This document shows positions 9,799 through 18,487 of a stretch of DNA of 30,919 nucleotides, piece by piece (position 1 is the stretch's first letter; each line of letters opens with the position of its first letter). The notes under the pieces were generated by a model that made no database searches, was not told the origin of the DNA, and saw nothing but the letters and a program-made list of their open reading frames with translations. The translations under genes and the position numbers were made by a program. The stretch covers positions 1 through 30,919 of the forward strand of contig JAJRRX010000126.1 in assembly GCA_024279075.1 (NCBI GenBank), in the 5' to 3' direction. This DNA is from Alphaproteobacteria bacterium. GTDB lineage: Bacteria > Pseudomonadota > Alphaproteobacteria > Rhodobacterales > Rhodobacteraceae.

Positions 9799-10254
9799 CT
9801 ACGTTGCCTCCGCTGCGCCGAGGTTTGGCCAAATCTCTAGTGCTCCAGTAAGGGCGCTGCTGGCGGCGCCAAGCGTGCCGGTAAGCAGGCCAAGGCGGCC
9901 ACGGGCAAGGGCGGCGCGGCGAGCTGCACTCAGCTCGGTTTGGCGCGCCGCCCCCTCCGAGCGCACGGATTGACTGGCAAACGAAAGCTCCTCGGCCGCC
10001 TGCTGGCCCATATAAACCGCTTGCGGGCTATCAAGGCTCACGCCACGGCCAGAAATCTGCAAGCGCTGCTTGGCGATTTGCCCAGCCATTTGCTTGCGCA
10101 GGCGTTCGTCTTTGATCGCAGAAAGCTGGGCTTCGGTGGCGGCCTGTTCGGCGATCAGGGCGGCATTTTGACGGCCAGCCTTGTTGGCAGCCACGCCCTG
10201 GGATATTTTGCCGCCAACACTCAAGCCAAGGCCTATAAGTTCAATGCTACACAT
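9799..10254 (-). CDS. Small internal virion protein (151 aa)
   Basis: MC-start, hydrophobic N-terminus, Ala/Gln helix and SGRGVSLDS motif. Abuts the stop of tubular B. Confidence 0.75.
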   Translation of the reverse strand: MCSIELIGLGLSVGGKISQGVAANKAGRQNAALIAEQAATEAQLSAIKDERLRKQMAGQIAKQRLQISGRGVSLDSPQAVYMGQQAAEELSFASQSVRSEGAARQTELSAARRAALARGRLGLLTGTLGAASSALTGALEIWPNLGAAEAT

Positions 10255-12471
10255 TTAGCGGTCCGCCGTATCTAATACTGGCACAAGGGCCAAAATGGTC
10301 ATCGGGGCACCGCCGAAGGGGCGGAATTCATATTCCACCTCTTTGGCCATGCCAGAGGGTATAGGCACACGGCGAATGCCGGAATAGGCCACCGTGGTGT
10401 TTGAAGGCACGTTTGGCTTGGTGATATCCTGAAACCCTGTGGGGCGCTCGGCAGTGCCAAATTCGAGCGAAATACTGCGCGCCAGCGCAGCTGCGGTGCG
10501 GTGCATACGAATGCCCGCTGCTTTAGCGCGCTTCTGGCGGCCCATAGTGGCCCCGTCTTGGGCGGCAGACACAATATCGAGCGTGCGGGCTGATTGCTCG
10601 ACTTGCGCGGATATTCCGATGGTTGCCTGATTAACCGGCCCGGCAAGAGTTACGCTGCCAGAGGATACGGTCACGGGTCCCATTTCGCCTTCATCCGTCC
10701 AGGCATAAACTTCCTCGCCCTCAAGGTGGTCCAGCCCTGTGAAGGTGGCTGTCGGGCTGGCATGGGTGAAGGTTTTGGCGGCGTAAATATGCACGGCGTC
10801 TGCGATAGGGGTGCTTTCAGGCAGCAGGCCAAAAATAGGGGCAATCGCCTCCACATGGCGCTCAACGCTGCCGTTGATTGTGCGCTTCACAATCAGGGTG
10901 ACAATGTCATCGGTGCCGGCGGCATTTTTGGTCACGCACATGCTTTCGACTTCGCCGCCCACGGGCATGGTGGCCCAGCCCAGCACTTGCTCGGCGGGGT
11001 CATAAATCACCACGGCCAGCTCGCCGTTGCTGCGGCGTATCCAGCCAATGGGGGCAAGGCCATCTTGCCAGACGATTTCTTCCATGCCTTCGGCGGCGAT
11101 ATGCTCGGCGGGCAAGCTCAGCTCCAATGGCTCGTTTTGGTCTTGGGTGAAACTGAAGCCGATTTCAAACAAGCGGCGCTTGTCGCGGGAAATGAAAATC
11201 GGCTTGCTGGCGGGGGCAACGGGTGTTGCGGCGGCACTGCCAATTTCGGCATCTTTGCGAAAGGCGATATTGAGGGCTGATATGGCCTCAAAGTCATTGA
11301 GCGAGGTAGAGGAATAGGTTTCCCCAAGCGCGCCAACATGCAACCCACGGGAGCCGCCTTTAAGCCAGACAATTTCATTCAGGCTGCCATTGCCATCAAT
11401 ATTTGGGGAAAAGGCGGCATCAATATCCACGGTTGGCTCAAAGTTTTCCGGCACGCCTAAAAGCGAAATCCACATAGTGCGGGGGCTGGCGGTATTGTTG
11501 GCTGTGATCAGGCGGTTATCATGCTGGGTGATGGCGCGCGGGTAGCCGTTTTTGTCATTCCACGCCCCCTCGGCCCAGCGATAGGTGGGGTTGGAAACGC
11601 AGCCTTCTGGAATGCGCTTTAGCACATCGGACGTGGCCGAGGTGGCGCTGGCAACGGAGGTGATGCGCACAATGCCGTGGCCGTCGGAAATGAACTTCCA
11701 TTTTGCGCCGGTGGTTTTATCCACCAGAACCTCGCCGCTCGAATGCGTGGGCGGGTTGGCGCCGGTATCTGTGCCAGTTGTCAGCTCGTAGGTTTTGCCA
11801 TCATAGCGCATACGCTCACCAACGGCGATGGTGGTGTTGCCTGTCCATGTTGGCACCGTGGTGTCGTCGGTTGTGCGAAAGCTGAACAAGCTGCCAACGT
11901 GGGCAGCTTCAAAGCTGGTGCCAACACCCGTAAGCGTGATGCCCGCGCCGGTTTCAGCGCTGGCTTGGATCGTGATCGCCTCGTCAAGGTTCTGGGTCTG
12001 AAACGGGCCTGTGTCAATCGGAGCATCGGCAATGACCCAGTTGTCCAAAGCAAAGCGCTTTAACTTTTGCAGGGGATGGTTCCCGTCTACAATGTAGATT
12101 GCATCAGCGCTTTGGGTATATTGCAAAGTGTCCAGCTCGGCCGCGCCAAAGGGGGTGGCCAGCTCATAGGGCAAACCGCCCGATTGCACCAGCGAACCAT
12201 AGCGCCACACGCGCATAATATTGGGGGTGAATTCCAGCACCACGGCGTCATTTACCGCAAATTCAAAAGCCACCAATTTGGCGGCGCTGTTGGATTTGGT
12301 ATTGCCGTAAAACAACGTGCCAGGGGCGCGGGTTATGCCGCCTTGGCGCAGGGGCAAAAAGCCTCGGCATTTCTTCAGGCCGGTTTGCACGCGCGCATAA
12401 TCCGGTCGGCCATAAAGCAGGGGCGAGATTTCCCCTGCACTCATGGCATATTGTGGCGGTGAGCTTCTCAT
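10255..12471 (-). CDS. Tail tubular protein B / nozzle (738 aa)
   Basis: Start refined to MRSSPPQYAMSAGEISPLLYGRPD (ATGA overlap with tubular A). AGEISP...R.D and GGITRAPGT are N-terminal motifs typical of podoviral tubular B. Confidence 0.9.
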   Translation of the reverse strand: MRSSPPQYAMSAGEISPLLYGRPDYARVQTGLKKCRGFLPLRQGGITRAPGTLFYGNTKSNSAAKLVAFEFAVNDAVVLEFTPNIMRVWRYGSLVQSGGLPYELATPFGAAELDTLQYTQSADAIYIVDGNHPLQKLKRFALDNWVIADAPIDTGPFQTQNLDEAITIQASAETGAGITLTGVGTSFEAAHVGSLFSFRTTDDTTVPTWTGNTTIAVGERMRYDGKTYELTTGTDTGANPPTHSSGEVLVDKTTGAKWKFISDGHGIVRITSVASATSATSDVLKRIPEGCVSNPTYRWAEGAWNDKNGYPRAITQHDNRLITANNTASPRTMWISLLGVPENFEPTVDIDAAFSPNIDGNGSLNEIVWLKGGSRGLHVGALGETYSSTSLNDFEAISALNIAFRKDAEIGSAAATPVAPASKPIFISRDKRRLFEIGFSFTQDQNEPLELSLPAEHIAAEGMEEIVWQDGLAPIGWIRRSNGELAVVIYDPAEQVLGWATMPVGGEVESMCVTKNAAGTDDIVTLIVKRTINGSVERHVEAIAPIFGLLPESTPIADAVHIYAAKTFTHASPTATFTGLDHLEGEEVYAWTDEGEMGPVTVSSGSVTLAGPVNQATIGISAQVEQSARTLDIVSAAQDGATMGRQKRAKAAGIRMHRTAAALARSISLEFGTAERPTGFQDITKPNVPSNTTVAYSGIRRVPIPSGMAKEVEYEFRPFGGAPMTILALVPVLDTADR

Positions 12472-13052
12472 GAAAGCGCCTCGCTGGCCCACATGGCGGG
12501 CGTTTCTCCGCCATTGTAATTTTGCATCGAGGCGCTGTTGCGGTCGGCGCGCAGCGCGTCCATGATCGCACGCTCAAAAGCGCCCTCAAGATAGCGCGCG
12601 CGGGTCGAGCTAACCCAGCGCAGGGCTAGGTTGGCGGCCAGCCGAAGCGCCACCGCGCGCTTGAAAAGAGAAGGCAGCTTGGCTTCGTCGGTGATTTTCA
12701 TCATGTAGCGGATAGTGAGCGGGGCGGCTTGATCAGCGCGCAGCGCGTCTTGGTCCAGGCGGTATTTCACGGTGAAAGGCTGCACCTCGATCAGGCGCAA
12801 CAGGTCGCCCGGGCGCACATAGCTATAGGGCAGGTTTTGATCGGCTGGCAGCTCGGGGGCCTCGGAAAGCTGTGCAAATTTGCTGGCAAATGACCAGTCT
12901 GCACGCTCAAGGCATTGCTGGATGGCTTCGGGATATTGCTCGGCGGCGGCGGTGGCTTGTTCTGTGTCCTCCCCAAAGGCGCTGATCGGGTCCACCTCCA
13001 TTTGCCGGAAGGCATCGGAAACGATTGTGCTGGTTGCATAATTAAGCGCCAT
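12468..13052 (-). CDS. Tail tubular protein A / adaptor (194 aa)
   Basis: YPEAIQQCLERADWSFA...YSYVRPGDLLRL...F..A+ALRLA pattern, size and position. Confidence 0.9.
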   Translation of the reverse strand: MALNYATSTIVSDAFRQMEVDPISAFGEDTEQATAAAEQYPEAIQQCLERADWSFASKFAQLSEAPELPADQNLPYSYVRPGDLLRLIEVQPFTVKYRLDQDALRADQAAPLTIRYMMKITDEAKLPSLFKRAVALRLAANLALRWVSSTRARYLEGAFERAIMDALRADRNSASMQNYNGGETPAMWASEALS

Positions 13053-13076
13053 GGGTCAGCCTTTTGCGAGGGAAGA

Positions 13077-13098
13077 CGCGGGCCGGTTTAGGCCCGCG
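13077..13098. terminator. GC hairpin between decoration and tubular A genes (probable partial or bidirectional terminator)
   Basis: CGCGGGCC-ggttta-GGCCCGCG 8-bp stem, followed by CTTTT on + and TCTT on -. Confidence 0.55.
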
Positions 13099-13120
13099 CT
13101 TTTGGCAATGGGGTGGGGCG

Positions 13121-13576
13121 TTAGTTGTCAATCGATACCAGATTGAACTTCATCGAGCCTGCGCCCGTCGCTCCTGCAATAGCATGGGCATAAATCGTGA
13201 TCATCCCGCCCGGGTCGGCAGCAAGGCCCAGCACTTCCCACCAAGATTTGCCGTGGTTGGCATCAAGCGCGGCGAATGGCGATTGCGTGGTGGCGGCGGC
13301 CGAGGTGGTGTTTACGAGTGCGGTGACATCGTCTTTGGTGCCAATGCGAAGGTCGGTAAATCCCCATGCAGACGCCTGAAAGATAGTGTCAGGGTGAGGC
13401 ATCGCAGCCGATGGCACCTCGCCCAGCTTGTAGGTGGAGCCGGAACTGGCGGCCGCGTCATGGGCGACGGTGCCGGTGACGGCGTGAATGCGGCCATGGA
13501 CTTTCAATGACTGAGGGATTGCCTCACCCAAAAGCTCATTCCGATACACATCAGAGGTTACATTTTCAACGGCCAT
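13121..13576 (-). CDS. Capsid decoration/cement protein (151 aa)
   Basis: Strong SD (AGAGGAGG). Beta-rich, directly after the major capsid gene as with epsilon15 gp10 and BPP-1 cement protein. Confidence 0.75.
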   Translation of the reverse strand: MAVENVTSDVYRNELLGEAIPQSLKVHGRIHAVTGTVAHDAAASSGSTYKLGEVPSAAMPHPDTIFQASAWGFTDLRIGTKDDVTALVNTTSAAATTQSPFAALDANHGKSWWEVLGLAADPGGMITIYAHAIAGATGAGSMKFNLVSIDN

Positions 13577-13606
13577 TTCGGCCTCCTCTTGTTCATGTCA
13601 AAATCG

Positions 13607-13631
13607 TGTGGCCAGCGGGAAACTGGCCACA
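13607..13631 (-). other. Hairpin between the capsid and decoration genes
   Basis: TGTGGCCAG-cgggaaa-CTGGCCACA 9-bp stem, followed on - by CGATTTT. Confidence 0.55.
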
Positions 13632-13638
13632 TCGTAAT

Positions 13639-14547
13639 TTACTCAGTGCACTCGCACTTAATCACACCATTGTCCTGCTTGCGGGTCACATCAAAGCGCC
13701 CCTCAACTTGAGCATATGGGGTGTTGCCCGCATGGGTGTCGTTCCAGATATCGCCATTGATATCTTCCCAAACGCCGAGCACCAAATTTGAGGGCATCCA
13801 GGCCACGCAGTCGCGGGTTGTGCCGACAATTGGCAGGCGCGTGCTTTCAATGAAGTTCATATTCATAAAACGCGTCACCTTGCCATCTACCAACTGGGCC
13901 TGCTCAGCAAGGTTGATGCTGGAACCTGCTGCATCGACAATCCCGAGCAGATCGGTCATCTGGGTCGGGGTGATCGCCATTACAGGGTTTTCGCGGTCCA
14001 GATCATAGTCAGCCCACGCAAATTGCTCTCGGATCGCCTTCAGCTTAGCCATGGTCAGGCCAGCACCGCCATGCACAATGGTTTGTGCTGATGGAAAGCC
14101 CACGGTTGTGCTTGGGGTTTCCCCTTCCACAACGCTACCCAGCAAGCCGCCGTTATTAACAACGCCGTTTTCATCGAGGCCAATATAGAGATCATCCAGC
14201 TCACGCTGCACAGCGGCCATATGGCCAGCAATAATCTCACTTTGCGGGTTGTTGACCGAGCGCAATACGTCTTCGTCGTCAATGTAATCGCCGCTTTCAA
14301 TTTCATCGCGAAAAACCAGCCAGCGGCGGGTGCGCTGCGCGGTGTTTTCAAAATTCGAACGGTCTTTGCTGCGGCGGCGCCGCGCCTTGACCGTACCAAG
14401 CATATCGCTGGCAGACATTGCTTTGCCGCTGCCGATCTTTTCTACAGAAAACTGGCGGAATTTGGAACGGATTTGCTGAGATACCAGCGTAACCATGTCC
14501 TGATAAGTGTATCGAAAGGATTGCTCGATGAGCGTATCATTGGCCAT
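13639..14547 (-). CDS. Major capsid protein (302 aa)
   Basis: Start refined to MANDTLIEQSF (SD AGGAGG). QQ..SK.R, FMNMNFIESTRLP and ..R.QDNGVIKCEC motifs typical of epsilon15/BPP-1-type capsids. Follows the scaffold gene. Confidence 0.9.
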   Translation of the reverse strand: MANDTLIEQSFRYTYQDMVTLVSQQIRSKFRQFSVEKIGSGKAMSASDMLGTVKARRRRSKDRSNFENTAQRTRRWLVFRDEIESGDYIDDEDVLRSVNNPQSEIIAGHMAAVQRELDDLYIGLDENGVVNNGGLLGSVVEGETPSTTVGFPSAQTIVHGGAGLTMAKLKAIREQFAWADYDLDRENPVMAITPTQMTDLLGIVDAAGSSINLAEQAQLVDGKVTRFMNMNFIESTRLPIVGTTRDCVAWMPSNLVLGVWEDINGDIWNDTHAGNTPYAQVEGRFDVTRKQDNGVIKCECTE

Positions 14548-14709
14548 TGGTGGCCCTCCTGAAAAAACAAAGTTGATGGTTTTTCGGAAGGGATACCCGG
14601 CTGTTATTTCGCTCCGGACCCGGCCTGTGCTGTAACGTAGCCTTGGCGGCAGTCTGTTCCTGCGGTCAACCGGACGCGAGCTTGGGAGCAGCGATCCCCG
14701 ATGCGTTAA

Positions 14710-14738
14710 AGCAGACTCCAAAATAGATCGAAAGTCAA
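14710..14738 (-). promoter_or_regulatory. Candidate capsid (late) promoter
   Basis: TTGACT -35 (14738-14733) immediately after a terminator. The hexamer 17 nt downstream (TCTGCT) is a poor -10. A GANTC site lies at 14714-14718. Confidence 0.4.
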
Positions 14739-14739
14739 G

Positions 14740-14777
14740 AAAAAATTAAGTGGCGGTGAATTTCTCCACCGCCACTT
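14740..14777 (-). terminator. Intrinsic terminator after the scaffold gene
   Basis: Perfect 11-bp stem AAGTGGCGGTG/CACCGCCACTT (14748-14758/14767-14777), followed on - by AATTTTTTCTT. Confidence 0.85.
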
Positions 14778-14801
14778 GTGTATGTGCCTTGTTTTATCGC
14801 G

Positions 14802-15779
14802 CTATTCTTGCGCAACAATCTTATTCAGGCGCGCTATCTCTTTGCTAATTTCGGCCTGTTTGGCTTTATCGCCTGCCTTCATAGCTTTGCTCCATGGCCC
14901 ATCAGAGGCCATGAGCTGCGCCTTCTTCGCCTTCGCCTCAGCTGGCGTGGTGGTCAGGCCTGCACCGCTGCCAAGGCCTTTCAGGCTGTCCTCGCCCATC
15001 AGGTCCGCAAGGCTAGCAAACATTTTCATCACCATCGGGTCGCCGGTTTGCTTGCTCAGGGCCGAAGCAGCCGCGAGCTGCTCGTCGGCATCCATGCCCG
15101 CCGCCTCCGCCAAAGCCTGAAACGCTGTTTGCGCTTGGCCGATTTTGGCATCTGTCTGGTCGCCCCAGTCCTTTTGCAAGGTGGCGCGCATTTCGTCATT
15201 GGCTTTTTTGAGGTTGCCATCGGCGTTGCCAACAATCGTCCCCATGCGTTCGGCATAAAGCCCTTGCAGCTTTTCCAGCGCGGCGGGCGGAATGCCCTCT
15301 TCAAAGGCGATCTGGCGCGCGCCGTTCATCAGCTCGTCATCCACCGGCATGCCGTCGGGCAGATTCAGCTCGGGCAACTCGTAGCCCTCTGGCTTGTCCG
15401 GCAGGCCAAAAGTTTCGGCATTGGCGCGCATCCACTCGGCGGTGGTCTGCCCTTCAGCGGGGCGGTCCATCAGGCTTTCGGCGGGTTTTCCAAGGCGGGC
15501 CTCGGCATTGCGCCAGCCCTCAATCGCCTTGCCAAGCACCTCGCCCTGGTCTTCCTTCAGCAGGTCTTTCTTGGTCATCCAGTCTTTGGCAGGGGCATAG
15601 GTTTCCCCCTCCCACCAAAGCTTTTCATCACCGCCGCCCTCACCAGTGCCGCCGCCTTCACCTTGGCCGCCATCTCCACCAGCGCCGCCCTCGCCGCCGC
15701 CTTCACCACCAGCGCCGCCTTCATCGGCAGGATACCAAAGCGGGTGGCCGTTAATCATGTTCATCAGGTGCGTGTTCAT
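14802..15779 (-). CDS. Head scaffolding protein (325 aa)
   Basis: Gly/Glu low-complexity N-terminus, RLGKP...GLPDKPEGYEL and LQKDWG motifs, basic C-terminal helix. Lies between portal and capsid genes. Confidence 0.8.
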   Translation of the reverse strand: MNTHLMNMINGHPLWYPADEGGAGGEGGGEGGAGGDGGQGEGGGTGEGGGDEKLWWEGETYAPAKDWMTKKDLLKEDQGEVLGKAIEGWRNAEARLGKPAESLMDRPAEGQTTAEWMRANAETFGLPDKPEGYELPELNLPDGMPVDDELMNGARQIAFEEGIPPAALEKLQGLYAERMGTIVGNADGNLKKANDEMRATLQKDWGDQTDAKIGQAQTAFQALAEAAGMDADEQLAAASALSKQTGDPMVMKMFASLADLMGEDSLKGLGSGAGLTTTPAEAKAKKAQLMASDGPWSKAMKAGDKAKQAEISKEIARLNKIVAQE

Positions 15780-16086
15780 AAGTGTTCTCCTTCAAGAGTT
15801 GGTTAATTTCAAAATTGGAAACGTGCATCATGGCCAAAATGGCGAGGCCAAGGTCTCGGCGGCCGCGATCGTAGGCCAGCTCCAACGCGATGGCGTTAAG
15901 GCGATCAGTCTCGCTCACATCGCCGTAAGCCATGATCTTGGCCATGATGATAATATCTTCAGCCATTTCCGGCTGCTTGGCATTGGCGCTGGACCAGCGC
16001 GCAATGCGGTCACGAACTTCGCGCGGCACCGAGCGGCCGCCAAAGGGGCGCGTCAAAATGCCAAGGCGGGTGAAAAACCCGCTCAT
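15751..16086 (-). CDS. Small head-associated protein (Bbp19-like position, 111 aa)
   Basis: ATGA overlap with portal stop. ...ELAYDRGRRDLGLAILAM motif. Confidence 0.7.
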   Translation of the reverse strand: MSGFFTRLGILTRPFGGRSVPREVRDRIARWSSANAKQPEMAEDIIIMAKIMAYGDVSETDRLNAIALELAYDRGRRDLGLAILAMMHVSNFEINQLLKENTYEHAPDEHD

Positions 16087-17732
16087 GGCGCACCGCCCTC
16101 CGCTTGGGCTTGAGCGAGGTCTTTCACCATGCCAGCGCCGTCTTTGCCCATTTGCATGGCCTGCTGGGCCTGCATGGCTTGTTGGCGATCTGCGGCCATC
16201 TGGTCGGCCTCGTCACGCGAGCGCAGGATGTCGTTGGAAGCGCCACGGGCTTCCACCAACCGCTCGACCAGCTCGTCTTCGTTGATCCGGTCCAGCAAGC
16301 GCGGCTTGGCTTGGGCCAGCGGGGTGAGGTCATTGACCACACGCAGGGCGGCCACGCCCTCGGTGGCCTTCTGGGCCATGCTGGCCGCCGAAAGGTATTT
16401 CACATCCAGCGGCTGGCCCTCGGCCTCGGGTGGGGGTGGCGGAATTTGGCCCGCGCGCCACAGCATGCTAAAGCGCCGCGTGATTTTGCGCACAAGGTAT
16501 TCCTCTTGCAGGCGGCCCATATAGGGGGCCATCAGGCGGGCGTATTGCTCCTGCCGTTCAAGGCTTTCAAGGGTGGAAACCCCAGTTCGTCCCACCATCG
16601 AGCTAAGTGTATACATGAAGATTTCGGCAATATTGCCAGCTTCCTCCCGTTGCATTTCCAGCGAGAGGCCGGTGCCGCGCGAGGTGTCCAGAATGTCCAC
16701 CTGCCTGCGGCCGTTGATCATGCCACCATAGAGCACACCCTCGGGGCGGCGCTGGCCATGCAGGGGCCAGCCGTCCTTGTCGGGGGCGAGCATGGTGGGC
16801 GAGGCGGCAAATTGGGCCGAACGGATGTTGGCTTCCTTCTGCAAATTCAGCAATTTGGAGCCAGCAAGCGCCATATGGCCAAAGCCAGTGCCGTAGGTCT
16901 GGCCAGTTTCGACATCGAGGCGCGGGGTATGGAAGGGCATTTCCATGTAGCCGCTCTCGCGCACCACCGCGCGGCCCTCTTCCGCGCCATAGGTGGATAA
17001 CCAGCGCTTGCCCTTGGGGCCAATATATCCACCCATGAAATCGGTGTTTTTCTGCACATGGTGGTAGAAGGTGAAGTCATCATTGCTACCTTTTTCCACC
17101 GCAACACGGATCTTCTCGGGCAGGTTATCCAGCCCGAATTCAGCGGCGGCTTGGCGGGCTTTCCAGCTGAACTTGCGCACCACCTCCACCACACGGCCCC
17201 AACCGTCAATCGCATACACAATCTCGGCCATCGGGATAGTTACATCGAGGATGCGGCGCTCTTTGGTATTGATTTCATCGTAATTGGCGGCATTGCCAAT
17301 CATCACCGTGTCACCGATAACCTGAAGGGAGGACGGGTAAAACGAGCTGATATTGGGGCCAAAGCTGGCCAGCACGCGCGCGCTCACAGCTTCTTCCCAC
17401 TGCTTCACAGCATGCACCTTGCGGCGGTCCTTATCGCCGATCTGCATACCAAACCACTTGTTGCCAGGGTTCATCATGGTGGACCACATGGTGCTGGTCA
17501 GGGCTTTCTGGTAAAGCACCGGCTCGCTGGAAAGCACCTTGTTGGCGGTTTTCTTGTTGCCGGCATTGGCGCGGAAAGGCAAAGCGCCCATAAAGCGCTT
17601 GATGTCCTGCCAGTCCGGCTTCAGGTGGCTGCGCGCACTGTCCAAATCCTCCCAGCGGGTCACCATTTTATCAACGCGGCTATCCTTTTCCAAAGGGCCA
17701 ACTGTCTCATTCGGGGAGCTATCAAGCGGCAT
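16083..17732 (-). CDS. Portal / head-to-tail connector (549 aa)
   Basis: Size and motifs (VVEVVRKF, PR...GQTYGTG, T.E..ER..., GQIPPPPPE, YLSAASMAQK) typical of T7/BPP-1-type connectors. Confidence 0.92.
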   Translation of the reverse strand: MPLDSSPNETVGPLEKDSRVDKMVTRWEDLDSARSHLKPDWQDIKRFMGALPFRANAGNKKTANKVLSSEPVLYQKALTSTMWSTMMNPGNKWFGMQIGDKDRRKVHAVKQWEEAVSARVLASFGPNISSFYPSSLQVIGDTVMIGNAANYDEINTKERRILDVTIPMAEIVYAIDGWGRVVEVVRKFSWKARQAAAEFGLDNLPEKIRVAVEKGSNDDFTFYHHVQKNTDFMGGYIGPKGKRWLSTYGAEEGRAVVRESGYMEMPFHTPRLDVETGQTYGTGFGHMALAGSKLLNLQKEANIRSAQFAASPTMLAPDKDGWPLHGQRRPEGVLYGGMINGRRQVDILDTSRGTGLSLEMQREEAGNIAEIFMYTLSSMVGRTGVSTLESLERQEQYARLMAPYMGRLQEEYLVRKITRRFSMLWRAGQIPPPPPEAEGQPLDVKYLSAASMAQKATEGVAALRVVNDLTPLAQAKPRLLDRINEDELVERLVEARGASNDILRSRDEADQMAADRQQAMQAQQAMQMGKDGAGMVKDLAQAQAEGGAP

Positions 17733-17922
17733 TGGGCACCCCCCCGAGCGTGTTGGTGGCCGGAATGCCGCGTGGGCTGGTCAGAATGTTGGCGGCGGCA
17801 CCGCCGCGCAACTGGCGCAAGCGCGCCTCGATGTCGCCTTGGCGCTGGCTTTCCTGGTTGGTGGTTGCCGGAATAATGGCAGGGCGCGGGGCGGCGGTGG
17901 CTTGCTTTTGATACAGGCACAT
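17722..17922 (-). CDS. Small virion protein preceding portal (66 aa)
   Basis: SD AGGAG, MC-start, RxxRGG..xILTS..G...TLGG pattern in the usual pre-portal slot. Confidence 0.75.
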   Translation of the reverse strand: MCLYQKQATAAPRPAIIPATTNQESQRQGDIEARLRQLRGGAAANILTSPRGIPATNTLGGVPNAA

Positions 17923-17926
17923 GGGG

Positions 17927-18475
17927 TTAGGTCTCCTTCTGGGGGTAAGATGGGGGGCGGGGGATGTAATCAGCGAGCCAAACCCATTGGTTCAGGTTCA
18001 CCTCGCCACTATGGCCAAAGCCGATCATCTCGGCGTCCAGCTCAAAGCCGATGGCGCGTAGCAGGCTGGGGGCGGTGGGGTGGCCTGCCCAGCTGCGCGC
18101 CTCGATGCGGTGCAGGCCCATGGCACGGGCCTGCGCGGGGAAGCCGTCGCGGATCGCGCGGGCAGCTGGCACCAGCGCGCGCCTCCAAATCCGATGGTCG
18201 CGCGCCAGCATGGCCGCATGGCCAAGCCCGGGCGTGCCACCGCGCACAATCGCCATCACGGCAATCGGCTCGGCATAGGGCGGCGCAACCTGCGCCACAA
18301 AGCACGCGGCCCCCTGTTTTTCCAGCGCCATCCAGTCTGCCAGCATGTCATACGGAAGCGCTTTATCACCGCGCATCACCTCGGCTTCGAGCTGGTCGTT
18401 TTCGTCCAGCATTTCAAAAACACGCAAGGCATCCGGCGGGTTAAATGGCGCAAGGGTCACAAGGGGCCGTGTCAT
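17927..18475 (-). CDS. GNAT-fold protein (T7 gp13-like head assembly factor or acetyltransferase, 182 aa)
   Basis: GLHRIEARSW...LLRAIGFELDA is a RimJ/GNAT-like C-terminal motif. Confidence 0.7.
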   Translation of the reverse strand: MTRPLVTLAPFNPPDALRVFEMLDENDQLEAEVMRGDKALPYDMLADWMALEKQGAACFVAQVAPPYAEPIAVMAIVRGGTPGLGHAAMLARDHRIWRRALVPAARAIRDGFPAQARAMGLHRIEARSWAGHPTAPSLLRAIGFELDAEMIGFGHSGEVNLNQWVWLADYIPRPPSYPQKET

Positions 18476-18487
18476 AGGTCAGGCCTC

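Noticed and set aside
14548-14721. 58-aa N-terminal extension of the capsid ORF (and track extensions of terL, cI, tubular B and the ejection protein)
   Set aside because: Downstream ATGs have strong SDs or ATGA overlaps, and the extensions are not protein-like.
15620-15730. GGC/GAG-rich repeats in the scaffold gene as a separate repeat element
   Set aside because: They simply encode the Gly/Glu low-complexity N-terminus common in scaffold proteins.
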